A stretch of 24,820 nt of DNA from Abditibacteriaceae bacterium (GCA_031372065.1 JANMKN010000245.1:1-24820); one strand, 5' to 3'; shown: positions 17,206-24,820, counted from the first letter of the stretch. Program-made: numbers and translations. The notes: a model not told the origin generated them from the letters alone.

Positions 17206-19494
17206 ATGCACCGGATTTTCCACGCATCATCAGCCGCATCTTACACGACGTTTTCATTTCATCAACAATTCGCCGCATGGCAGCAAATTTCGAGGTTAAA
17301 GACTGTAGCAACAGCACCGCTGTTAGCGATGGCACTCTGCTCGGCAGCATCGGCAAGCGAAGTATTGCCTACGCAGTCACCCATCCAGTCTCCCGGTCGC
17401 CGCGCCGCTTCGACACAGAATGCGCAAGCTCCTCAATTAAATGCAGCGTTGCTCAGTTTGGAGCCGATAATTCGCGTCAACGCGCGAATTGCGCCGCCCG
17501 CAGATAAGGCCGCAAAAACCGAAGCTCCGGTTTTGTTGGCTCAGACAGGCGCTAACTCTGGGGACAACAATCAAACCAACAAACCAGCAGCCACACCGGG
17601 CGCCAAAACGGAACCGGAAGGTCTGACAATTCCGCTTGGCAAAGATAAGAAAGACGAAGGCACGCCTGTCACGCCGGCCACACCCGACACGACACCGCGT
17701 CCCGGCGGCAGCACTTTGCCGCGTCCCGGTGGCAGTTCGCTCCCTGCACCGACAATTGTCACACCGGCCACCAACGACGCTGCGAATCAGGAAGGCCCGA
17801 ACGATGCCGCCATCACGCAGGCCGAAGGCCGCGAAGTAGCGCAAGTGCGCATTGTGGGCTTGCGCGTGATTCCGCCCGATTCGGTGTTGCTGCAAGCCAG
17901 CAATACGCGACGGGGCGCCGCTTTTGCGCGCCGACAGGCCGATCTTGATCGCGCCAAAATCAACAACATGGGTTTCTTTGCCTCGGTTCAGTATCAGGTG
18001 ACACCCAACCTCGACGACCCCGCGAAAGTAGATGTGGCCTTTGTTGTTGTCGAGAACCGCGTCGTGACAGGTTTTAAAATTGAAGGCAACAAATCGGTGC
18101 CTATAGCCGACTTGCTCAAAGTGGTGCAAACACAAAGCGGCGCGGTGCTGAACAACAACACGCTCAACGAAGATGTGGAGCGCGTGCAAAATTTGTATCG
18201 CGACAAAGGCTATGCCGCGCTGATTACAGAAGTCCAGCAGAAAGAAGATGGCAACGTAGTTTTCACTTTGCGCGAGGCCACAGTTTCCAAAGTTGTCTTT
18301 TCCGGCCTGCGCAAAACACGCGAGTCCTTGTTGCGTAAGCTGATTCGCACCAAGTCTGGCGAGGCTTTCGATCAAAAGCGCTTGCAGCGTGATTTGAATC
18401 AGATTTACGACACCGGCTTTTTTGAAGACGTGACTTATAAAATTGATGATGACCCCGATAAAGCGAGCGCGCTCATCATCACCATTGCGCTCAAGGAAAA
18501 ACGCACCGGCACTTTCACTTTGGGCGTGGGTTTTGACAGCCGCTCGAAAATTTCGGGCTTCTTAACCTTAGCCGAAACCAATTTCCAAGGCAGCGGACGA
18601 CGTGTTTCGGGTTCGGTGGAAGTGGGATCGCAGCAAACCTTCGATCTCAATTACGGAAACCCCTTCATCGGGAAGAAAAATGCGTCGTATAACGCGGCGC
18701 TTTACAGCCGCCGCATTTTCCGCGAGCCGCGCGCCGTGAACTTGATTACAGGACTGCCCTCCGATGCGTTTTACGAAGAACATCGCACGGGCGGACGTCT
18801 TGATTACACCATGCCGCTTGATTTAGATCGCTCGAAATCGGTAATTTTTGGCTTTCGTGATGAAAAAGCGCGCTTGTTCCGCACCGATTTGAACGGCACC
18901 GTGACGCCGCTCCCGAATACCAATTCAGGACGCATTTCGGCTCCTTCTATTGGTTTCGTGCGCGACAAACGCGACTTGCGTTTAGACCCCTCAAGTGGCA
19001 GCCGCGAGCAAATCGTTCTCGAAAAAGCCTTTACTTTTCTGGGCGGCGATGCCAGTTTCACTAAGCTTGACCTTGATTTACGCCGCTACATTCCGCTGAT
19101 TAAGGCGCCGAAGAAAAACGAGTTGCCGAGACTGGTGCTGGCAGGTCGCTTTGTGTTGGGCCAATCCTTTGGACAATTACCGGCCTTCGAGCAGTATTTC
19201 GTGGGTGGTTCCGATACGATTCGCGGCTATAATACAGACGAGCAATTTGGCGACAATCAGGTTTATGGCAACCTCGAATTGCGTTATCGCTTGCAGCGCA
19301 AGTTTCAAATCGTTGGCTTTGTGGACGCGGGTTCGGCTTATGGCGGCAGTTTCACGTCCACCAAAAGTTTCAGCAATCTTGTCGGCGTGGGCGCGGGTAT
19401 CCGCGTGCAAACCCCCATCGGGCCACTACGCCTCGACCTTGGACGCGGAACCGACGGACTGCATACGCACTTCGGCATTGGCGCCCAATTCTAA
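17206..19494 (+). CDS. bamA: Omp85-family outer membrane assembly factor (BamA/TamA-like), 3 POTRA domains
   Basis: Pro/Thr-rich N-terminal region; three POTRA repeats (…MGFFASV…, …LYRDKGY…, …IYDTGFFEDV…); barrel with GGSDTIRGY, GAGIRVQTPIGPLRLD and terminal Phe. BamA versus TamA not resolved. Confidence 0.88.
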   Translation: MHRIFHASSAASYTTFSFHQQFAAWQQISRLKTVATAPLLAMALCSAASASEVLPTQSPIQSPGRRAASTQNAQAPQLNAALLSLEPIIRVNARIAPPADKAAKTEAPVLLAQTGANSGDNNQTNKPAATPGAKTEPEGLTIPLGKDKKDEGTPVTPATPDTTPRPGGSTLPRPGGSSLPAPTIVTPATNDAANQEGPNDAAITQAEGREVAQVRIVGLRVIPPDSVLLQASNTRRGAAFARRQADLDRAKINNMGFFASVQYQVTPNLDDPAKVDVAFVVVENRVVTGFKIEGNKSVPIADLLKVVQTQSGAVLNNNTLNEDVERVQNLYRDKGYAALITEVQQKEDGNVVFTLREATVSKVVFSGLRKTRESLLRKLIRTKSGEAFDQKRLQRDLNQIYDTGFFEDVTYKIDDDPDKASALIITIALKEKRTGTFTLGVGFDSRSKISGFLTLAETNFQGSGRRVSGSVEVGSQQTFDLNYGNPFIGKKNASYNAALYSRRIFREPRAVNLITGLPSDAFYEEHRTGGRLDYTMPLDLDRSKSVIFGFRDEKARLFRTDLNGTVTPLPNTNSGRISAPSIGFVRDKRDLRLDPSSGSREQIVLEKAFTFLGGDASFTKLDLDLRRYIPLIKAPKKNELPRLVLAGRFVLGQSFGQLPAFEQYFVGGSDTIRGYNTDEQFGDNQVYGNLELRYRLQRKFQIVGFVDAGSAYGGSFTSTKSFSNLVGVGAGIRVQTPIGPLRLDLGRGTDGLHTHFGIGAQF

Positions 19495-19510
19495 AGCGGC
19501 CCCACCAAAG

Positions 19511-19553
19511 AAAACATCCCGTTGGCATTTGCCAACGGGATGTTTTTGTTTTT
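19511..19553 (+). terminator. Intrinsic terminator after omp85
   Basis: aaaacatcccgttggca-tt-tgccaacgggatgtttt followed by further T residues. Confidence 0.88.
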
Positions 19554-19604
19554 ATAGCGCAAGTAACGCATAGCACAAAGCACCCACAGTCCTACCCACA
19601 AGTT

Positions 19605-19712
19605 ACCCAGATTCGCATTTTGGTCACCCAGATTCGCATTAGTCGCACCCAGATTGACATTAGTGGCACTCAGATTAGCATTAGTCGCACCCAGATTCGC
19701 ATTAGTCGCACC
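19605..19712. repeat. Tandem array of five 21-bp units
   Basis: Consensus acccagattcgcattagtcgc; units start at 19605, 19626, 19647, 19668 and 19689; no spacers. Confidence 0.92.
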
Positions 19713-19928
19713 TTTATTGGAATCTTGGCGACCAAAATAGTATTTTAAGCGCGTAAAATTACAAAAAGTAGTGATTTTATGTCTTTCATTGTTGCTTTTG
19801 TGCCGCGAAGTGATACTTTTCAGCGTCTGCTATATCAATTGAAACTATCTCGTGCGCCACAATTTTTCTTTATATTGTGGGAAATATCATAATGTTCTAA
19901 CTAAAGAGCGTAAAAGGTCTTAATTTAT

Positions 19929-19950
19929 GGAGCGCGGGCATCCTGCCCGC
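19929..19950. repeat. REP-like palindrome
   Basis: ggagc-gcgggca-tcc-tgcccgc, a GC-rich hairpin inside an AT-rich tract. Confidence 0.4.
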
Positions 19951-20024
19951 ATTATTTAGGAACTCTTAGGCTGATTTTTGTCAAACTGTTGTCATCCCAC
20001 AAGCATAGATTCGGAGGATTGCTG

Positions 20025-21167
20025 ATGAAACGACTGAATAATTTACGTTGCTGCGGCGCGCTCACGGTTTTGCTTTGCGCAAGCGCGGTTTACGCGCAAG
20101 AAAACGCGCCCGCAGCCCCCAAAGTGGCTCCCGCTAAGGCCGAAACGCCTTATATGCAAATGCTCAAGACGGCGGGCAGCGTGCCGCTTTTGGTGCTTGA
20201 CACCAGCGACAAAGTTTGGTCGTTGCAAATCACCAGCGGCTCGGAATTGTATGTGCGACGCGGCAATTTGATGGTCAATTCCTCCAACAAAGGCGCGTTG
20301 TGGGCGGCGGGCGGCACGGTTCAAGTGGATAATGGCGCCATTGGCGTGGTTGGTGGCGTGACGAATTTGGGCGAAAACACATTGAAACCTGCGCCGCGCA
20401 CCGGCTTTCCGCCCATGACCGACCCGTTTCCGGCTTTTGAAGTCGATCAAGCGAATCTGCGCGTCATGTCGCCGAAAAACATCGTTCACCAAGACGGCGA
20501 TTTGAATATGATGCCCGGCATTTACGAAGGCGGCATCTGGGTGACGGCGCGCGATGCCACCGTGACGATGCAGCCGGGCACTTACGTCTTTCGCGGCGGC
20601 GATTTCGCGGTGTGGAACGGCACAAAACTCATCGGCGAGGGCGTGACCATTGTTATGTTGCCGGGCGCCAAAGAAGCGGGCAGTTTCAACACGCAATTTG
20701 GCGCGCAAGTGCAGCTTTCGGCGCCCACCGAAGGGCCTTTGCAAGGTTTGGCAGTTCTCAGCGGCGCGCAAAACGGCGACAAAATTTCGTTTCAGGCCAC
20801 CCAAGGTCAAATTCGTGGCGCGATCTACGCCCCGCAAGCGGGCCTGAAACTTTCGAGCGATTCTCGTGTTTCAATCACGCGCGCAGTGGTGGCGAATTTA
20901 AGTTTGGTATTAAAAGCCGCGCTCGAAATCACCGGCGCCGATATGCCCGGTGCCGACGCAGCGGCAGTTCAGCCCGCTCAGGCAGCGCCAAAACCGGCAG
21001 GCAATGCACAATGGGCCAAAGGTCAGGGCGCTGAAATTCTGTGGGGCGCGAAATGGTGGAAAGGCCGCATCTTGGCGGTGGATGAAGCAGCCGGTAAATA
21101 CCGCGTTCATTACGACGGCTGGGGCGACAATTGGGATGAATGGGTCACGCCGGACAAATTACGTTGA
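20025..21167 (+). CDS. Secreted protein: TadG-like beta-solenoid domain plus C-terminal Tudor-knot/chromo-barrel (Agenet-like) domain
   Basis: RBS GGAGG at 20013-20017; signal peptide ending AVYA|Q; PGIYEGG, PGTYVFRGG, LSAPTEGPLQG, GAIYAP; Ala/Pro linker; C-terminal WWKGRIL…YRVHYDGWGDNWDEWV. Confidence 0.7.
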   Translation: MKRLNNLRCCGALTVLLCASAVYAQENAPAAPKVAPAKAETPYMQMLKTAGSVPLLVLDTSDKVWSLQITSGSELYVRRGNLMVNSSNKGALWAAGGTVQVDNGAIGVVGGVTNLGENTLKPAPRTGFPPMTDPFPAFEVDQANLRVMSPKNIVHQDGDLNMMPGIYEGGIWVTARDATVTMQPGTYVFRGGDFAVWNGTKLIGEGVTIVMLPGAKEAGSFNTQFGAQVQLSAPTEGPLQGLAVLSGAQNGDKISFQATQGQIRGAIYAPQAGLKLSSDSRVSITRAVVANLSLVLKAALEITGADMPGADAAAVQPAQAAPKPAGNAQWAKGQGAEILWGAKWWKGRILAVDEAAGKYRVHYDGWGDNWDEWVTPDKLR

Positions 21168-21175
21168 TACCACTC

Positions 21176-21213
21176 AAAAACAGCCGTCAGATTCACTGGC
21201 GGCTGTTTTTTTT
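21176..21213 (+). terminator. Intrinsic terminator
   Basis: aaaaacagccgtcag-attca-ctggcggctg followed by T8. Confidence 0.88.
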
Positions 21214-21686
21214 GCAAAATGAGCAGGAATCAAGCACCAAATGAACTGGGAAACAAGTGATTCTCTATGTAAATTAAGCACATGGAGGAAAGTCGAACTG
21301 CCGGAAAAACGGACGTGAAGTTTGATGTTGGTTGCGGCATTTGACTTGCTCACTGCGGTGCGACTTAGTTCACACGAAATATCCAAATTCCTTTCAATGC
21401 ATTGAATATTTGCTTATTTGTGGAGGTGATTGAAACCCGATTTATATCTGCCTAAACAGGGCGCGTCTCTTGTCATCTGAGTTCAGAGTTCGCGTTTAGA
21501 AAAGGCAGGCAAACAAGCGCAATACCAACGCGTAGGCGACAGCTTAAAGGTTGCTTTTACGCCACATGACACGATCCACTTGCCAGTTGTGCGGCAACTG
21601 TGGATCACGATTAGGCTAACCTAATCAAGAGCCTATAGCTTTCAAACTAATAGGCTCTGAAACGAGTTTTTCGGAGGAAAAACAAC

Positions 21687-22430
21687 ATGATTCTCTCAAA
21701 GAAGAGTCGTAAAGTGCTTTTAGGCGTAAGCGCTGCTGCTGTTATGGCAGCTGGAGTCGCCACCAATCACTGGGCCACGGCATCCGATCACGCCGGAACC
21801 GTCCAGACCGTTAGCAAGCCGGGCACCGACCTCACCGATTTGCATATTTTTCCGGGTTCTAACGCCAATAATGTCGTCTTAGCGATGAGCGTGCGTCCCT
21901 TGATTCCCGCTGGACAAGCCACCCCCAGCAAGTTTTCGTTCGACACCGATGTGTTGTATCAATTCAAAATTGATAACACAGGTGATAATGTAGAAGACCT
22001 TGTCATCCAAGCCAAGTTTTTCGACACCGGCGCCAATCAGCGCTGCTTCATCTCTGGGCCGGTAAAGCCCACACGCACCGGCACCATCAACGTGCGTGAA
22101 ACGCCGCTTGCTACCAGCGGCGTGATTAATCAAACCTTTGCGCCCACTGCTGGAATGCAAGTGTTCGCTGGTTTCCGCGAAGACCCGTTCTTCTTCGACC
22201 TCGAACAATTCGGCAACATTTTACCAGATCGCTTAGTGCCGCCCGGCCTTAAGCCGCCACCACCACCCGGTCAAGAAAATACGCCGATGGCAGCCAGTTG
22301 GCGTCCGCCGGGAGCAGCCAAAGACTTTTTGGCGAATTTTAACGTGCTGGCACTTGTCATTGAAATGCCTAAAGCGAAATTAGGCAACGGCAAAATCCGC
22401 GTTTGGGAAACCACCAGCGTTGCGCGCTAA
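21687..22430 (+). CDS. Secreted DUF4331-family protein, N-terminal half type
   Basis: RBS GGAGG; signal peptide then SDH; DLTDLHIF, FDTDVLYQFKIDN, VFAGFREDPFFFDL, NVLALVIEMP. Confidence 0.82.
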   Translation: MILSKKSRKVLLGVSAAAVMAAGVATNHWATASDHAGTVQTVSKPGTDLTDLHIFPGSNANNVVLAMSVRPLIPAGQATPSKFSFDTDVLYQFKIDNTGDNVEDLVIQAKFFDTGANQRCFISGPVKPTRTGTINVRETPLATSGVINQTFAPTAGMQVFAGFREDPFFFDLEQFGNILPDRLVPPGLKPPPPPGQENTPMAASWRPPGAAKDFLANFNVLALVIEMPKAKLGNGKIRVWETTSVAR

Positions 22431-22449
22431 CGACGAAAGGAAACATTCC

Positions 22450-23028
22450 ATGAAAACCATTTTGAAATTGAGTGCAGCAGCGGGATTGATGATCCTCGGC
22501 GTGGCCGGATGTAATGGCGGCGGCAACGGCAATGGCGGCGGCGGCGGCGCGCAGACCTTTGTGCAGCGAGATCGTCTGGCCCGCCCCGTTGTCAACGAAG
22601 TGTTCGCCACATTCGCGAATAACCGTCACTTTATCAACGACACAGACAACCCCACCGATGACGCGGCCCAACTGAAACAAGACATCGAAAGCTTTCTGAC
22701 TGTGCCCGCAGGCCGTTCCCGTCAGATTAAGGATGTCATTGAGTCGGTCTTAGTGCCTGACGTGATGATTGTTGACTTATCCAAACCCGGCCCGGCTGCT
22801 TACTTGGGCGTCGAAACAGGCGGTGCCACAGGCGGTCTGTTTGGCGGGCGCAAGCTCACCGATGATGTTGTTGATACGTCTTTGGGCATTGTTTTCGGCA
22901 ACACCGTCCCCGCATTGGGCCTCGCGCCTGATGATGGCAAGGAAATTCCTTCGTTAGTCAGCGATAACGTTGGCCCCGGTGGCAAGCATTACCGCGCCAC
23001 GTTTCCTTATTTAGGCAATCCGCTCTAA
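22450..23028 (+). CDS. Lipoprotein, DUF4331-family C-terminal half type
   Basis: RBS AAAGGA at 22436-22441; lipobox VAG-C; Gly linker; QRDRLARPVVNE, LVPDVM, GRKLTDDVVD, FPYLGNP. Confidence 0.82.
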   Translation: MKTILKLSAAAGLMILGVAGCNGGGNGNGGGGGAQTFVQRDRLARPVVNEVFATFANNRHFINDTDNPTDDAAQLKQDIESFLTVPAGRSRQIKDVIESVLVPDVMIVDLSKPGPAAYLGVETGGATGGLFGGRKLTDDVVDTSLGIVFGNTVPALGLAPDDGKEIPSLVSDNVGPGGKHYRATFPYLGNPL

Positions 23029-23049
23029 GCACGCCTAAACAGCAAAGGC

Positions 23050-23113
23050 TAAAGTGCAAATCGGGCCTGCAAGGTGAGTTCTCCCCCACTTTTCAGGCCC
23101 GATTTGCACTTTA
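23050..23113. repeat. Perfect 20-bp intergenic inverted repeat
   Basis: taaagtgcaaatcgggcctg / caggcccgatttgcacttta. Confidence 0.88.
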
Positions 23114-23119
23114 TGGCAG

Positions 23120-24481
23120 ATGAAATTGCGTATGAGGATGCGAAAAGGCTTCTTAGTATTGGCGTGTATTGGCGTAGTGGCTGTAGCGGTTGGAGGCTGG
23201 GCCATTTCCGTGTCGCAACGCGCCGTCCCTTCGTCGCGTTCTTTCAATTCGACAACGTCGTTAGCCTCGCGTCCGCCTTATGACCCTCAATTCGTGCGCC
23301 AAATGTTGGAATTTTGGGCAAAAAAAGCCCAAAGCGATCCGCAAGGCGCCATCGCGCGAGCTACATTAGCAAAATGGTCGCTGGAAAGTTATCGCGAAAC
23401 CGGCGACATGGCCGATGCCAAGCGCGCCGAAAATGCCGCACGCGCATCGCTGAAAATTCGTGCGAAAAACAACCCCGACGCGCCTTTTCAATTGTCGCGC
23501 AGCCTTGTCACTCAGCATCGTTTTCAAGAGGCTCTCCAATTCGCTCGCCGCGTGGCGCTTTATAATCCCGAAGGCTACCGGCAATGCGCTGATATCGAAC
23601 TGGAATTGGGCGATTACACAGCCGCACAGCGCGATTTCGCCAAAGTTCAGCCCGCCGAAACTGATCCGAGTTACCTTGCGTTGTCGGCGCGGTTTCATGA
23701 GTTGAAAGGCCGCAACCAAGTTCAATTGGCCTTGCTGCAAAAAGCAGTGCTTTTGGCCGATGCCAATCGTGATATGTCGCCTCAAAGTGTGGCTTGGTTT
23801 CACGAACGCCTCGGCCATTGCCTCGCTTCTATGGGGCGCTTCGATAAAGCCGAAGCAAATTACAAAGTCGCGCTGCAAGTCTTTCCACGCGACTATCGAA
23901 CGATGGCGGCACTGGCGCATTTGGAAGCCAATCGCAACCATTGGACGCCCGCCATCGAATGGGCAAAAAAGGCCGCCGCGATTGTCCCCGCGCCAGAAAC
24001 CATTGCGCTTCTCGGCGACGCTTATGCCGCAACGGGGAAGACTGCGGAAGCAAAACGTCAATATGCGCTAATCGAAGACATGGGCAAATTGGAACGTGCC
24101 CAAGGCGTGATTTATGATCGGCAACGCGCCTTATTTAATGTGGAGCATAATCGAAATTTACCCGAAGCTCTTACCTTGGCGCGCGGCGAATTGCAGATGC
24201 GCCACGACATATATGCCTACGATACACTGGCGTGGGTGCTTTACAAGACGGGGAAATTAGACGAGGCGCAGAAAGCCGCCACGCAGTCACTAAGGCAAGG
24301 CACACAGGACGCATCGTTGTATTTTCACGCCGGCATAATTGCCAACGCGCGGAGGCAACGAGAACGCGCCCAAAAATATCTGTCGCAGGCACTCAAAATC
24401 AATCCGCAATTTCACCCAACTGCGCCTAAACAAGCCCGCGTCTTGCTTTCTCAATTGGACACTGCATCCGCAAGCAACTGA
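23120..24481 (+). CDS. N-terminally anchored or secreted tetratricopeptide repeat protein
   Basis: Hydrophobic N-terminus; many TPR-like helix pairs (LGHCLASMGRFDKAEANYKVAL, LLGDAYAATGKTAEA, YDTLAWVLYKTGKLDEA, FHAGII…KALKINP-like). Start could be 23120, 23132 or 23138. Confidence 0.9.
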   Translation: MKLRMRMRKGFLVLACIGVVAVAVGGWAISVSQRAVPSSRSFNSTTSLASRPPYDPQFVRQMLEFWAKKAQSDPQGAIARATLAKWSLESYRETGDMADAKRAENAARASLKIRAKNNPDAPFQLSRSLVTQHRFQEALQFARRVALYNPEGYRQCADIELELGDYTAAQRDFAKVQPAETDPSYLALSARFHELKGRNQVQLALLQKAVLLADANRDMSPQSVAWFHERLGHCLASMGRFDKAEANYKVALQVFPRDYRTMAALAHLEANRNHWTPAIEWAKKAAAIVPAPETIALLGDAYAATGKTAEAKRQYALIEDMGKLERAQGVIYDRQRALFNVEHNRNLPEALTLARGELQMRHDIYAYDTLAWVLYKTGKLDEAQKAATQSLRQGTQDASLYFHAGIIANARRQRERAQKYLSQALKINPQFHPTAPKQARVLLSQLDTASASN

Positions 24482-24502
24482 ACCACACCTTCGATTATCG
24501 CC

Positions 24503-24820
24503 ATGCAAAAGCATTTTACATTATGGTTCAAGCGCGCTCTTTTCTTAGCGGCTTTTTTGGTGTTAGCCACAACCTGCCGCGCCCATCCGATGGGCAATTT
24601 TTCAATTAATCATTATGCCCGTTTTGAAGCGCAAAGCAAGAATTTGAATCTGCGCTATGTTGTGGATTACGCGGAAATTCCGACCTCGGAACGCCATGAC
24701 CAATTGGATTCCGACGGCAATGGGACAATTTCAGCTTCCGAAAAATCCGCGTTTCTTCGCACCGAATCGGCGGCGCTTGCCAAAGGACTGAGCGTTGCTA
24801 TCAATTCACAACCGGCGACG
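24503..24820 (+). CDS. Exported N-terminal domain resembling Ni/Co transporter-associated proteins (3' truncated)
   Basis: Absent from the ORF track; hand translation gives MQKHFTLWFKRALFLAAFLVLATTCRA|HPMGNFSINHYARF…YVVDYAEIPT…DSDGNGTISASE, open to the window end. The HP(L/M)GNFS(V/I)NHY start is recalled from proteins annotated as nickel transporters. Confidence 0.65.
   Translation, partial: MQKHFTLWFKRALFLAAFLVLATTCRAHPMGNFSINHYARFEAQSKNLNLRYVVDYAEIPTSERHDQLDSDGNGTISASEKSAFLRTESAALAKGLSVAINSQPAT

Noticed and set aside
17437..18375. 312-aa minus-strand ORF, and similar ones at 14778-15491, 20043-20837 and 23366-24061
   Set aside because: Antisense shadows of well-supported genes; no motifs.
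19605..19712. CRISPR array
   Set aside because: Units are directly adjacent with no unique spacers, and there are no cas genes in the window.
21214..21530. Small CDS or known riboswitch in the long intergenic region
   Set aside because: Only short ORFs without a convincing RBS or motifs; no cobalamin, NiCo or other consensus recognised by eye.
22515..22548. GGC-rich repeat as a contingency locus
   Set aside because: In-frame trinucleotide run encoding an ordinary Gly linker after the lipoprotein Cys.

Overview
Chromosomal window from a diderm bacterium. The gene content (Calx-beta protein, prepilin/H-X9-DG gene, 3-POTRA Omp85) suggests Abditibacteriota/Armatimonadota, which is my inference. 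Genes in order: 3' end of a Calx-beta repeat protein; prepilin-like DUF1559/H-X9-DG gene; secreted SGNH hydrolase with F5/8C domain (-); Mn-type sodA (-); HtrA protease; GT4 glycosyltransferase; membrane-anchored PIG-L deacetylase (-); ~2450-aa TamB/AsmA-like protein; ECF sigma factor with no adjacent anti-sigma; Omp85/BamA; a secreted beta-solenoid protein with a C-terminal Tudor-knot; and an operon of two half-DUF4331 proteins, a TPR protein and a truncated gene resembling the N-terminus of Ni/Co-transporter-associated proteins. No rRNA, tRNA, CRISPR, integrase or transposase was seen. Most notable observations: (1) the pilin gene is bracketed by a duplicated copy of the Calx-beta gene's last codons plus terminator, like a cassette insertion scar; (2) a MITE-like element spans exactly from one convergent TAA stop to the other; (3) three heptamer-repeat arrays, two inside the GT4 reading frame; (4) the tamB-ECF-omp85 arrangement with a 20-bp palindrome on an ECF-like promoter; (5) a 5x21-bp tandem array; (6) the uncharacterised split-DUF4331/TPR/putative metal-transporter operon with a multi-hairpin leader. 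All family assignments come from motif recognition by eye; no searches were run.
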